A stretch of DNA of 64,000 bases from positions 6,696,001 through 6,760,000 of the forward strand of contig NC_088858.1 of the NCBI RefSeq assembly GCF_963853765.1. The letters are read 5' to 3'. Both the position numbers and the translations under genes were made by a program. Every line of letters begins with the position of its first letter. The stretch's first letter is position 1. This DNA is from Magallana gigas (taxonomy: Eukaryota). Of the stretch, positions 1 to 12,860 are shown in pieces. Under the pieces are notes generated by a model, which was not told where the DNA came from, made no database searches, and saw only the letters and a program-made list of their open reading frames with translations.

Positions 1-122
1 AAAGAATGAATGTGATTCATTATTTTATATGAAATTCAATCTGCATTACAGACATCTTAATCATGGTAAAGTAAGGAAAACTGTTGGGTTTTAATTTCAA
101 GATTAAGTCTTTGTTATTTTAG

Positions 123-3100
123 ATAGTACAAATATTGGATATTGTTGCCAAGTTACCTGATGCCATGCAGTATGATGAAACTTTATCTTTAAAGTAAGTA
201 TAATATAGAATAAGTCAACATAAAAATTAAAATCCCCAGAGTTTGAAAATCAGTGCATGAGCTTGATATTTTAATGTTCGTTGTAACAGTTAAAGTCTCT
301 ATCTTGAAGAGTTCACTTTATAAAAAAAATCAGAAATAGAATATGTCATAATGACAAAATAATCTAAATTTAAAACATGAATTTTTACGTTGACAAAGCT
401 TCAAATATTGATGTCATGATAATTTATTCACAATCCCTCATTTCAATATTGACTGCTAGGTTTACAAAATCAAATCAAGAGGTTTTGCATATTTTCAATA
501 GGATTAACGCTCAGGATTGGCACCTTTTTGGCAGATTATTCCCTGACAAGTATTCAGATTATTAGCAAGTTCTTGATAGTATGGGAAAGTAGAACTTCAG
601 CCAAACTTTGATATTTCGAACATTGATATTTGGAATACCATTGATATCAGTTGAAGTCCCAAACACTCTGTAATTCTTTATGTATTTCAACCCAAATATC
701 TCAAATTCTTTCATATCTTGAAGTTTTACCTAATTCAGATGAGTTTGAGAAAATTAGGTTTTACTGTATCAATTCTGATTAATAATATAAACAAAAGTAA
801 ACTAAAACTGTGAAAGTGGAAACTGTCATTGTGATTCACACTAATTCAATTAACAACAAGGGGAAATATACACATATGTCTAAGATACTTCTTTTGTTTC
901 AAATCGCAAGAATATAAAATCACAAACATGGAACTTTTAGACTAAATTTTTATAGTTCTCAACTCTCAGAAAATAAAGTGAGATTTTTGAGATGGGTGCT
1001 TTTTGTGAATTCACGTGAATATTAATTCCTTCCTCCAGAGTTCTTAGTCCAACATTTGAGCTATGCAAGGAGGACAGAGAAATGTTCGAGGAGATACAGA
1101 GTGTTACTGAAGACTTGGTGCTGTTTATTTGTCAGGACTGGGATATTCAGCTGACTCCCGAGGAAATCAACAAATGGTAGAACTAACCATCCATACAGGA
1201 ATTAACTAACTAAACACTGTACAATCAATGTTTCTTTAAGAAGGTGTTTTATATTTACAAATATATGTAGACCATACATTCATTATGTGGTGCAGTCTTT
1301 TTCAGGTGTTTAGTGATGGGAAAGTAATAATCAAGCTTTGTTTGAAGGAGAAACTCTCTACTCTCTATAGATTCAGTGCCAACCAACAAATTTCCCAGGT
1401 ATTATCATACGAGCATTCATATATGTTAAGTCTACATGTGCTATCAAGTATGATTAATGATGTTTGAAAAAACTTACTGTATTATAAGTCTAGACTTATA
1501 GTTATCACCTTTTTAGCTCACCAAGACGAAGTCAGGGGGAGCTTATGCTATACCCCCGGTGTCGGCGTCCAGACCTGGTTAAAGTTTTTGTTGCAGGTCC
1601 TGTATCTAAGTTATTACTTGTCCTATCTTCACCAAACTTGCATAGATGATGCATCTGGACCTCCCAATGGACTTGAAAGACTTGGATGCTGAATCAGAAT
1701 CCTGAATTTCAGATGCTGGAGAAGGTTAAGGTTTTTGGAGCAGGTGCCCTTTGATAGCAATATCTAAGTTACAACTGCTCCTAACTTCACCAAACTTGTA
1801 TGGATGGTGCTTCTTGTGATACTGATGCACCAGAGAGGCTTGAATGCTGAATCTGAGCCATAGGTTTTGGATACTGGAGGAGGTTAAGCTTTTTAGAGCT
1901 GGTTAAAGTTTTTGGAGCAGGTGCCCTATGATGAATATATCTTAGTTATTACTGCTCCTAACGTCACAAACTTGCATGGAAAGTGTGTCTGATACTGATG
2001 CACCAGACAGGCTTGAATGCTGAATCTGAGCCATAGGTTTCGGATGCTGGAGAAGGTTAAGGTTTCAAGAGATGGTTAAAGTTTTTGAAACAGGTGCCCT
2101 CTGATGATGATATCTTAGTTATTATTGGTCCTAATTTTACCAAACTTGCATGGATCGTAGCTTCAGATGCAAAGCCTGATCTCCATTATCAAGGATGCTA
2201 AAAAGTATATCTTAGTTACCGTATTTTTGGCACTATGGATGATGCATCTTATGATACTGATGCACCAGACAGGCTCGAATGCTGAATCTGAGCCATAGGT
2301 TTCGGATGCTGGATGAGGTTTAGTTTTATTGGAACAGGTCACATGTTTTATAGATAATAGCTTACATAGTTGATTTAACTATGATATAAATGATTCGTAG
2401 AGGAAGCTTCAGATGCAGAGGTTGATCTCCATTATCAAGGATGCTAAAAAAAATCTCCTCACCCAAACCTGCTTGAAAGATGTGTTTGTTGTTAAATGAT
2501 ATAACATGATTCGTATGATATAGTATTGTATTATATGAAACACTTATTAATATGATACAATATAAAACCATATGTTATATTGTAAAAAGTTACATGATAC
2601 GATATAATATTGTATCAACTTTTTTTTTATTCAATGATATGATATTGTTTCATGATATTGTATATTATGATACAATGTTGTGCAATATAATATTGAATCA
2701 TTAATATATCATTTTTTCACATGATACTGTTACATATGATATTGCAATATATAAAAAATAAGGATATGATATTGTATATTATATATTGTTATACTTTCAT
2801 GTTAAATACTGAAATCTGATTGGTTAAGACGCAGTTAATAATATTTACTATTACCCTCAGCGTTAGCAACGCACTTGGCAACGGGTAACATTAAAAAATG
2901 TTACATGCGCGAAAATTATGCGCGTACGGTTCGCTGTAGAATTCACGTTATTCCTATATGAAAGCAATAAAATTTTCTTAAAATTTTTAAAAAAGACATT
3001 CAGTATAACAAAATAAATAGTGCCTGTTTGGGAGGATAACAGTTGAAATTGACACCCCTCGAAAACCATTGTCAACCTCTGCTTCGCGTCGGTTGACAAT

Positions 3101-6100
3101 GGTTTTCTCGGGGTGTCAATTTCAACTGTTACCCTCCCAAACAGGCACTATTTATATAATATCATATCATACAATATTGTATAATATGATATTGGTTTAT
3201 AACATATATATTTATATCACATGAAATTGTATAATATGATATTGTTATATATAATATTGTATCATATGATACAATATGTATAATATAATATTGTATTATT
3301 TAATATTTAACTAAATCACATGATATTGTATCATGTGATCTAATATCATATTTGATCAAATATGATACAATACAATATCATACTATATTATACAATGTGA
3401 TATCATGATGTACAATATTGTGATGTTTTGTGTGAGATGATATTGTATCATATAACACTATACAATGTCATATCATGTGTTACAATATCACATCTCATCA
3501 TTATTTATTATCATATTTTATTGTTTTATTTGATATACATTGTAAGTATGATAGGATGCAATATTGTATTTTATATTATTGTATTAATAAACATTGTATC
3601 TTACAATACTGTATGAAATGAACATAATTATGATTATCATACATTTTTATAACAGATGATATACAATATTGTGTCAAAACATATCCATGAATATCCAAGA
3701 ACAAAATTATGATTTTTATATAATATGATAAAGTTGGTCTCATAAAGGTGATGCCTTATAAAGGTGATGCCTCGTCTGGGTGAGCTTTGTAATCTGTGAT
3801 TACCTATGTTTAATTAGCATGACGTTGATACAGGTGAAATACAGCTTGTTGATCTGGTCTCTGTTATTGTCGTCAGGCATCTAACAGTCACATCAGTGGA
3901 CGGACAGGTGCTTGTCTGGCGGAGATTGCTGGTCTGTTGACTCGAGTGTTGACAGAGCTAGAGTGCATGATTGTACAGGTGCTGAGTGCACTAAGGTCAA
4001 GACAGGAACAGCTGGAGAAGAGGCTACTCAGATCCAGACAGAGGGACAACCTTATGCGGCTCATCAGAGGGTACAGTTATAACATATGTGTACAAGACTC
4101 ATCAGGGGGTACAGTTATAACATATGTGTACAAGACTCATCAGGGGGTACAGTTATAACATATGTGTACAAGACTCATCAGGTGGTACAGTTATAACATA
4201 TATGTACAAGACTCATTAGGGGGTACAGTTATAACATATGTTTCCAACAGGTTGTACAAATATTACGTACAGTACAGCTTTTACATTACACGTTACTCAG
4301 AGGTTACAACTATTACATATACATATCNNNNNNNNNNNNNNNNNNNNNNNNNNNNNNNNNNNNNNNNNNNNNNNNNNNNNNNNNNNNNNNNNNNNNNNNN
4401 NNNNNNNNNNNNNNNNNNNNNNNNNNNNNNNNNNNNNNNNNNNNNNNNNNNNNNNNNNNNNNNNNNNNNNNNNNNNNNNNNNNNNNNNNNNNNNNNNNNN
4501 NNNNNNNNNNNNNNNNNNNNTATTGAAATTCAGGGGACCATGCAAATTATTTCAATATATCCGTATTTCAATATAAGCGAAATTGACTGATGTGAAGCCG
4601 CCATTTTTGAAAGTTCAATCCCGATGTAAGCATAGAAAACCAAACCCGAACAAATTATTAGATCATCATTTATCTATTACAATAAACGGATTACATGGAA
4701 CATTAGTCTTTGAAAGTTTGATTAAAATTATATCCGAAAGTTTTGTAAGTTTCGTTTTGTTACTATCTTAAACCTCATCATAATCTCGGATCGCATTCCT
4801 TTACGTTTTAGAAAAACGTTAGAGAAAAATCACCACATTCAAACGCTTCAAATATTGCTGAACGCTGCTTGTATATCATCGTCAGTGTACACGCGATAAT
4901 CTCAAAATCCTTAGCTATTTCGAATTTAGGCTTTGTTCTTTCATCAACAGCCATAACTTGTTTGTATTTAGCGTCCGGAGATAAGGTCTTTATTTTCCGT
5001 GGGGTTTCCATATTACGTCTAGCCTCAATACATCCGTATTCGTAAAAACAAAAAATTAAACAGTGAATAAATTTTACTTTTTGATAAAAGTATAAAAACA
5101 CACATGAAGAGAACTTATCAATTCACACCTTTGTATATCAACCGGTCAGTCTGGCACAATTACTGTCACCAACCGTGACGACAGCCGCCAGGGAGAACTT
5201 CAATATAACCGTTATAAAAACAACTAATTATCACCTTTGGGGACCGACCAGTGGCTTCAATATAAGCGATATTTCAAAATAACCGATTTCATTATATCCG
5301 TGAAATCAATGCAAAGAATATGAGAGGTAAAAACTGGGGATTTATTTCTATTTCAAAATAAGCGGAATTTCAAAATAAGCGAGNNNNNNNNNNNNNNNNN
5401 NNNNNNNNNNNNNNNNNNNNNNNNNNNNNNNNNNNNNNNNNNNNNNNNNNNNNNNNNNNNNNNNNNNNNNNNNNNNNNNNNNNNNNNNNNNNNNNNNNNN
5501 NNNNNNNNNNNNNNNNNNNNNNNNNNTGTAAGTCTATTATGTAAGTCTTAGACCTACATAAAGATTTTAAAATACCAACTCATGAGATATTTACATTTAC
5601 ATTAGACCCCCGCTCTGCAGCAGACCTTTAGAAATCAATCTATTAATTCATCTGTCTGTTCTGTTTATCCACCTGTCCATCCAGTATCATGTACCTGAAG
5701 TATAGGATCTCTTTCCTTGACCCAGTCTTAGTCTTTCCAATACATGTACTTTATCCAAGATTGCTCATATGTCAAGTGTGTTCAGTGAACTTGATTCAAC
5801 TTTCTAGTTTAACGGTCAAATTCAAAGCAGATACCCGAGTAAAAATTCTTGTCTGGAGCATATTTTCTCTTCCTTTTACCCCAAATCAACCCAAAAAGTG
5901 CTGTTTCAGTTAGTTAAGGATGTGCAGTAACTTGAACCAAACATTCTTGCTCAAAATGTCAAAGAACTGCGAACGCTAACGCCCGTTTCCCGCCTACATT
6001 TTACATCCAAATATTTCGGAATTTCTGTCAGATATTCAAAAACTAAGTTTTCAACTAAAAAGTATTATCAAATCCTAATCAATTTATATAAAAGTAAAAT

Positions 6101-8485
6101 TTTTAATCGAATTATTTATTTTTAAACAAAAGTTTTGGTAACGCGGGGTCTTAAAATTTTTTTCATTGAAATCGGTCTTTATGAGTGAGGAAAATATTAT
6201 TTAGCAGCCAATACTTGCATAAAAAGTTAATAGTAACATATTTACGATATATATATTAAAGTAAAATTTCATTTGAATTCATATCTGTTAATTATTTTTC
6301 GAAAATTTACAAAGCAAAATTCTTTTTTTGGAATGTATTTCGGTCTGTAGACATTATATGTTTCCCCCCCTCCCCCCCCCCCCCCCCCTGTGAAACAACA
6401 AACCCTTTGGTAAAAATATGCTAAATAACAATAATTATAACCCCTCAAAAGGAATTTTTGTTTCACTGGGGGGGGGGGGGGGGGGGAGATGTTTTAAAAA
6501 ACATTTCCGTTTTCTGTTATTTTCTATTATGAAATGAGCTATTTAACCCAAAATACAAAGTTATCTCTCTTCGTTTGATCAAATAATTTATATATAATGA
6601 AAATATACATAAATGTTTACATTTTTATAAAAAAATTACTTTAATTAGACAACTTTCAAAAAATGACTTTCAGTTAGGCGGCTAGACAATGCTATCGTTC
6701 GCAGTCCTTCAAAACTGTTCTCTGTGTAAAATCTGTGTCCAGAGCATATTTGCTGTCCCATTGACCCAATATTGTCCATACCCAAAGAGCACTCCTTTGT
6801 AAATGGTTCACAGAGACCTTAGGCCTATGTCAAGGTCCAATGTTAGATTCGAATTTCGAAAATCTTTGTTTTGAGCATAGTCGCCACGTATACCACAACA
6901 TATGGGGTGTATTCTATGTTGTACATGGAGTGTATGGTCTCGAAGCAGCGGAAAGGAGGTCAAGCGACCATTTTTGTTTATTTTCTATATTTATGAACTT
7001 AGTTTACTGGTCAGAATGTGCTTACGAAAGAAAGCATTTATTTTGTTATTTTGGATTAAATAGTCGCATGTGATTCCATCGTGCATGTTCTAGATTTCTC
7101 AAACACCTCAACACAATTTGGACAGTCAGAGCAAATTTGACTGTGTGTCTGTGTGTGCTAAGTACTTTCAGTCACAATATAAGGTTAAGGTCAAAGCATA
7201 GCACTTTTAACAAACGTTCTGTTGATCCTTTGCTAGAAGTAAAGCCCTTTGATATGGTCATTGTCTCATTGATATCTGGTTTTGATTATTGTAATGTAGT
7301 TTAATTCAAATTTTCAGTTCAAACATATGACTATAACTGTCATTATTGTTGATTTTTTTCAAAGATTTCTATAAAATGATGTAAAATGATGTTTGATAGA
7401 ACCCTCTATTGTACAGCTGTCCATTCTTTCACCACTGTGTACACTTCGTATTGCTGGTCTGTTCCTGGAAGCTGCTTACTCTAAACAAGCAGACAGGTCC
7501 CAAACTTATCAGGTAAAGTAAGTCACAAAGTATTCAGAAGTAGAATACTCCTCTCAATGTTTCTAAGCAGTCATACTCATTATAGCTACTTGATCAGATA
7601 TTTGGCCAATATTGTATCTAATGATTTATTGTATAAATTTCTATTTAAACAAAAATCAAATTTTTATGAAATTTCACAAATAGAATTGCTTTATATTTAT
7701 TAAAAAAAAATAAATTTGAAGTAAGTAGAATTAAGTAATGGGTTACTCACACAGAATATGCACAAACAAATCAAAGTTTGGGTCTACATTGTAAAAGACT
7801 TGCACTAATGCTATTTCAATAGACTGATACATGTGCTTTTAATTAAGTTAATGATTCTATTTGCTTTTTGCCATTTTAAGTTATTATTTAATTAATTATC
7901 ATCCTATCCAAATATGTTTTTTTAATTTTAGATCAATTCTTCTGTTATTCTGGTTAATTTCTGGCTATCTAATTGGCTGATATCCAACTTTAAATAGATT
8001 TAGAATTTCCAAAATGCTACAATTAGTTTTCCAATGAAAGTCTTGCTTTCTTACTTTGTTTTGGGGAAGTTCATCAATAAGTTAAAAGTTGAAATATTTT
8101 CCTTACTTGAAGGCTTAGATTTGATACTGCATCAGTTGATTGCATAGATAAATAGAGTATACTGTAGGTCATCTACGCTATACTGTAGGTCATCTACGCT
8201 AGCCAAGGGTTCATGATCCACTCGGCTCCTCTACTCTCTCTGTAGTGGAGCAGAGTGGATCGTAAACCCTTGGCTAGCGAAGATAACTGTAGGTAATTTG
8301 TTTGGTTTCTTTGTTGTTTTTTCAGGTTTCTGAAGCAGCTTCTACAGTTTGTCGAAAACCTAAGGACATTTACCAGTTCAGACAAAAATAAGTGGACAGA
8401 ATGTGTGTCCTTGTACAGGGAGTTCATACCCAAGGTCAAGGTCACATTGAGTGATCTTATGAACACACCAACCTCCAGAAAATGA
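123..8485 (+). CDS. 3' part of an unidentified multi-exon gene encoding a helical protein (about 247 C-terminal aa visible)
   Basis: Phase-consistent AG/GT exons: 123-193, 1039-1176, 1314-1398 (alternative acceptor at 1296), 3877-4070, 7417-7512, 8326-8485 (TGA). They join to IVQILDIVAKLPDAMQ...TFELCKEDREMFEEIQ...LAEIAGLLTRVLTELECMIVQVL...GCPFFHHCVHFVLLVCSWKLL...FLKQLLQFVENL...KVTLSDLMNTPTSRK*. Further exons could lie in the N-gaps. The C-terminus weakly recalls condensin II subunit NCAPG2 (unverified). Confidence 0.7.
1510..2460 (+). mobile_element. Helentron/HINE-like non-autonomous element with central tandem repeats of about 150-175 bp
   Basis: Starts TTTTAGCTCACC. The unit containing GGTTAAAGTTTTTG..CAGGT..ATCTTAGTTATTACTGCTCCTAACTTCACCAAACTTGCATGG recurs 4-5 times. 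The architecture resembles oyster Helentron-associated satellite carriers (recalled family resemblance). Confidence 0.6.
2500..3720. repeat. AT-rich low-complexity satellite (TATGATATTGTA-like), interrupted by an insertion at about 2790-3160
   Basis: Degenerate ATATGAT/ATATTGTAT motifs repeat throughout. The short ORFs here are compositional artefacts. Confidence 0.75.
2790..3160. mobile_element. Non-autonomous element ending in a long palindrome (arms 3014-3077 and 3091-3154)
   Basis: The 64-bp arms TAAATAGTGCCTGTTTGGGAGG...CATTGTCAACC / GGTTGACAATG...CCTCCCAAACAGGCACTATTTA have about 3 mismatches. A degenerate right arm recurs at about 15240-15320, so this is an interspersed repeat. Confidence 0.7.
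4060..4241 (+). repeat. 38-bp minisatellite, about 4.8 copies
   Basis: Unit CTCATCAGGGGGTACAGTTATAACATATGTGTACAAGA starts at 4060, 4098, 4136, 4174 and 4212. Confidence 0.95.
4700..5011 (-). pseudogene. Decayed pogo/Tigger-type transposase fragment (CENP-B/psq-type HTH)
   Basis: METPRKIKTLSPDAKYKQVMAVDERTKPKFEIAKDFEIIACTLTMIYKQRSAIFEAF fits the Tigger N-terminal HTH pattern, then the frame breaks. It is flanked by repeated TTCAA(T/A)ATAA(G/C)CG subterminal motifs at 4545-4580 and 5200-5383. Confidence 0.65.
5961..6710. mobile_element. Possible degenerate TIR element
   Basis: AAGAACTGCGAACGCTA near 5962 is an imperfect inverted match to TATCGTTCGCAGTCCTT near 6693-6710. No clear TSD. Confidence 0.3.
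8197..8279. repeat. Short palindromic (MITE-like) element next to a 21-bp direct duplication
   Basis: CGCTAGCCAAGGGTTCATGATCCACTCGGCTCC..CTAC / GTAG..GGAGCAGAGTGGATCGTAAACCCTTGGCTAGCG. ATACTGTAGGTCATCTACGCT is duplicated at 8159-8200. A related fragment lies near 37830-37860. Confidence 0.7.
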
Positions 8486-9589
8486 AAAGGTAATAACAGT
8501 ATGTGACAGGTTTTTGAATGGTCCTACCATCCCTATACAAATAAGAAAATAGTATCTTTTAATTAATTAAATCATGAATATTTTCTATGATACATTTTAG
8601 ATTAAAATCTCTCTGTTAGAAATTAAAAAAATTCCATATTAGCAGGCTATTTTCTTTCCGTAATGATCAAAATCATTAGTTTATTTGATAATCCAGCTAA
8701 ATTATTTTAATGTTTAGTTAGAAATATTAAGTTGATATAAATAAAACATATTACTGAATAAATGTATCTTGTTACGAGGCGAGATTTACTGAAATAGGAA
8801 TACTATGTCAACACCGAGGCAACATTGAGAGTACATGTACTGTATGTAACTTGATCTGAAATTATTTTTACATTTTGTAGCAAGAGCATTACTCTCAGTA
8901 ATATGGTTTAGTGTTCAGCAAGACTTAAAATTATGTATATGTCCAAATAAAAAATCAATGTGCACTACAAGTATTAATAACCATAAATCTGAAAATTTTC
9001 CTAAACTTTCCCAAATTCTGTGTTTGTACATGTATATGAGTTTACGTTTGTTTATACGCATTTGGGTTTTGAGGATTAATTTTTCATGTGCTAAAGGAGA
9101 CAAAATCAATTTTTTGTCATCTTTCGTACACGCTTCTTGTTCTCTCATCACAAGTAATTCCGTGACACTGGATCTACCCATTGATTTTTGACTTAAGTAA
9201 AGACACGAATGATGATTAATGGCACATCTCTGTCGCACACTCCGAATGAAAAACCTACCTGTCGTAAATTTGTGTTAAGACGAAAGCCTGGTATAATGGT
9301 TAATGGATAGGAATGAATTTGTAAACAATTACTGCTTATTCGTCTTTAATATTCGTCTTCCAAAAGTTTTAGTTGTCTTTAAAACTTCAGGAGTAATCAG
9401 CTGAAGGTGCCAAAATTCCGACCCCGAGTTTTTTGTGCAATAGTATCGAGCAATCCGAAGGTCTGAGTAAACGAGAGTGAAAAGGCCAGTAGGCCATGCT
9501 GTACGTAGAAGGAGACGTAGGCATATGTGATAATTAACAGCTATATGGCAATTCTTATCTTTCAAGATTAGTCACTAAGAAGCAAGGCG

Positions 9590-10870
9590 ATGGAGAACGT
9601 CTCGTCTTCGGCTGGAGCTCTAGAGAGCCACGCTCCTCACAGTTTCGGCGCCTTTGACTACGGTTACATTGTGATCACGGCGCTCCTGACGCCTTCCGCT
9701 CTGTGTTTCAGCACTTTGGTCATCGGGGTCATCGGCAAATTCAAACGACTGCAGACGCCGACGAACTTCTTCATCGCTTCCCTCGCCTCGGCGGATATTT
9801 TGGTGGCGTTGATGATTCCACTGTTCACGACGTCGTTACTTCTTCCGGCTAATCTGACCCACGAGCTGATATGTTCCGTCTCCACTCGTCTGCTCATCCT
9901 GTCCTGTGGTGCTTCAATTTTGTCTTTGGCAGCTGTGGCTTTTGATCGCTACATTGCTTTAACAAATTCTTTAGAATATGTTCAGATCATGACAAAAAAG
10001 AAGACGTTCTCTTTAATAGCTGCTGCCTGGTTTTACTCTGGGCTGGTGGTTTCTATCCCGCTGACTTTCACAGAGGAGAATTCCGGGAAGAGTCTAAAAG
10101 CGAAATGTGGATTTGGGCAAATCCATCCGCGAGTTCACCTTCTCTTCGCGAGTATGTTGTTTTTCCCTGCATGTGTGCTCATATTTTTCTGTTATTATAA
10201 GATTTTCACCATTGCCAAACATCAAAGTCGAGCTATATATGATCAAGAACAGTCTTTGGCGAATGTCATCCACACCCGGTACGTGAACCGCGACTGTAAG
10301 TACGCCAAGACTCTGGCCGTACTGATCCTGGTGTTCATCGTCTTCTGGTTCCCCTTCCAGTTCACTCTTCTTTTGATCGCTCTTTCAGACATTCATGTGA
10401 ACGACGAAGTATTGAATTTCCTCCTCTTTCTGGCAACATTCAACAGCGTGATGAACCCTTGGCTTTATGCTTACAAGAACACCCACATTCGATCTGCCTT
10501 CCGAAAAATTTCTTCATCAGTATCGTCTGCGTTTAGGCAGACCACGCGCCATGATTCTTCGTCAACGCCAGAAGAGCCCTCTGTGTCGTCCGACTACAAA
10601 CTTAATCAGCCGGACAGTCGGATGGAGCCGGTGGATATTCTACAACAGCTCGATTTAAACTCAGACATGTTTGCGGAAGACTGTTGGGCCTACGAGCCGA
10701 AGAAAATGTCCGTCCATTCCGTAGGCTCCACCATAACTCAGAACGGGCGCAAGATCGTGGTACCCAGTCTCGTCATTGAGGACATGGAGGGAACGCCGGA
10801 ACTCAAGATGCAGAAGACAGAATCAGTGTCAACTCAGGACCAGTCTGTTGACTTCATGATTCATATGTGA
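9590..10870 (+). CDS. Intronless class A (rhodopsin-like) GPCR, adenosine-receptor-like, orphan; 426 aa
   Basis: Seven hydrophobic segments. Motifs: TM2 NFFIASLASADILVAL, C3.25, AFDRY, TM6 KTLAVLILVFIVFWFP, TM7 NSVMNPWLYAY. Position 3.32 is Leu rather than the aminergic Asp. The C-tail is long and Ser/Thr-rich. Confidence 0.93.
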   Translation: MENVSSSAGALESHAPHSFGAFDYGYIVITALLTPSALCFSTLVIGVIGKFKRLQTPTNFFIASLASADILVALMIPLFTTSLLLPANLTHELICSVSTRLLILSCGASILSLAAVAFDRYIALTNSLEYVQIMTKKKTFSLIAAAWFYSGLVVSIPLTFTEENSGKSLKAKCGFGQIHPRVHLLFASMLFFPACVLIFFCYYKIFTIAKHQSRAIYDQEQSLANVIHTRYVNRDCKYAKTLAVLILVFIVFWFPFQFTLLLIALSDIHVNDEVLNFLLFLATFNSVMNPWLYAYKNTHIRSAFRKISSSVSSAFRQTTRHDSSSTPEEPSVSSDYKLNQPDSRMEPVDILQQLDLNSDMFAEDCWAYEPKKMSVHSVGSTITQNGRKIVVPSLVIEDMEGTPELKMQKTESVSTQDQSVDFMIHM

Positions 10871-11029
10871 ACGAGAAGAAACAAGTCTTAGAAAGTAACG
10901 GGTCATCTCTATCTTTGGGAAACCAGCCTAATCATTGACATGGAATTCTAGCATGTGTTAGTCTTGAAAATGACAGAATAAATTTTAATTAGAGGGATCA
11001 ACTCTAAAAACAAATATACTTTTTAATAA

Positions 11030-11105
11030 ACACAAAAGTTCCTATTCTGTTTTTGAACTCAGGACCTCTCGGTCATTAGACTGAAGCTATACCTACTGCA
11101 CCACA
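11030..11105 (-). mobile_element. Degenerate tRNA-derived SINE head
   Basis: The reverse strand reads TGGTGCAGTAGG...GTCTAATGACCGAGAGGTCCTGAGTTCAAA (A- and B-box-like). No complete cloverleaf. Confidence 0.4.
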
Positions 11106-12597
11106 AAAACAAAGTTAACACACATCCACATATTGCGTTGAAATTGCCAAAGACGTGAGGGAGTGCAGCGTACAAATACGTGCAATTCTAAATCTACACC
11201 TGCCAAGAAATTAAAGGTTATAACCACTTGGCCACGAAGCTCATATTATGAGCGCAATGCTATAACCTATCTGCCTGTGTAACATTCGATTTAGTACCTA
11301 CCTGCCTGTGTAACGTTCGATTTAGAGCAGAAAATTAAAAACGTGATTAAAGGTGCATGAACTTGATATAATCTCTCTCTCTCTCTCTCTTTAACTGATG
11401 ATTACTTTGTTTTGAGAAGTGATTGTTATTTGTTTTTATATGTTATTTGTTTATAAGTGGTGAATATAAATCCCTGAAAACAAGGCATTGTGTTCTTTGT
11501 TAGATTTTTTTTGGAAAAAAAAACAGTCTTATGAAAGAAAATGTAAATTCTAAATCACCGCGGTTTCCAAATGTCAATTAACTATAGAGTTATACGACCT
11601 CTAAGTGATAAATATAACAACAACACTAACACATCCATGATCCCTGTACGCACACATATACTACATGTAGTAGTCGATAAAAACAAACATGTGACGTTTA
11701 GATTTTGCGATGTATAATAAAAATACAGCATATTTACTCTTTGAAAAAAAGAATGATTTTAATATCGTATATTATATTAAACACGTTCACAAATAGCAGA
11801 GAAAAATAAATAAATCAAAAATGATTTTATTTCTCAATGGATTGGTAGGTGAATGTCGTCACGGTGCGTCTCTAATTTGTGTAAAAGGAGGTGCCATATA
11901 ATGTTTTTTTAGGGCGTGATATCCACATCTTGGATTTAATTACTAATCCCTTTGTAAATTCTTAATCTGCATTATCTTTGAGATACATGAGTTTCGTTAA
12001 TTTTGAGATGATAAGATTGTATATCCCAGGATGATCAAATCCGAGTCCTCGGTGAAAAAAAACCCCACTTTTTAATAGTACATGCTTTTCAATGCTACTG
12101 ATGATATACTAGTATCCTATAAAGTGGATTGAAAAAATCATTGTAGATATGAAATAAACAGGACTGAGGGCTTTAACTTGGCCAAGCCTATTATTTTTTC
12201 AAAACTTAGATTTTTTCAAAACTTAGATTTTGCATGTACTTTTAAGATGCGTTAGGCTACTAAATTCACATTTTCCAACAACTAAAGCAAAAGAAATCAA
12301 TTGTACACAAGCTATAATTATATTTAAATGTGTTTTTCATCATTATCGTCCACCTTAAACTATAGTCTAATAGACACTAAAATAAAAAAAAAAATTCATA
12401 ATCCATGATTTCTTGGATAGGAAGTTCCTTTTATTATTGTAAAAACTCAAACTTGGGAGAAATATCACATGATCATTACAGAAATATTGGAAGAAATAAG
12501 CTATGTATGGTTAACGATTCCATATTTAAGGTACCACATTCGCCTGATAAGAATGATAACTGCATAAAGTTTTTCCGTTAGAAAAATCGGAAAGAAA

Positions 12598-12723
12598 TGT
12601 TTCCTGTCAAACATGTACCATCAACAACTCGTAATACATGTGCATTACAAATATAACACATGTTTCCTGTCAAACATGTACCATCAACAACTCGTAATAC
12701 ATGTGCATTACAAATATAACACA
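12598..12723. repeat. 63-bp direct tandem duplication
   Basis: TGTTTCCTGTCAAACATGTACC...CAAATATAACACA occurs at 12598 and 12661. Confidence 0.95.
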
Positions 12724-12860
12724 TTGGTCTATGCTATTTATATAAATAAGTTTACGAGAAAGACAATTAAAAAAATACAGCCTCAATAAACAAGAAAATG
12801 TATTTTAAAAAAATCATAAAAAACCACCACAAAATATAATAGTATTTTTATACTGTTTAC

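Noticed and set aside
52-70. Extra microexon of the first gene (52-65 or 52-70)
   Set aside because: Either version ends in the right phase, but the following intron would be only 52-57 nt and the upstream context is outside the window.
4162-4590. ORFs spanning the N-gap (also 48659-49078 and overlapping calls)
   Set aside because: They stay open only because N runs contain no stops.
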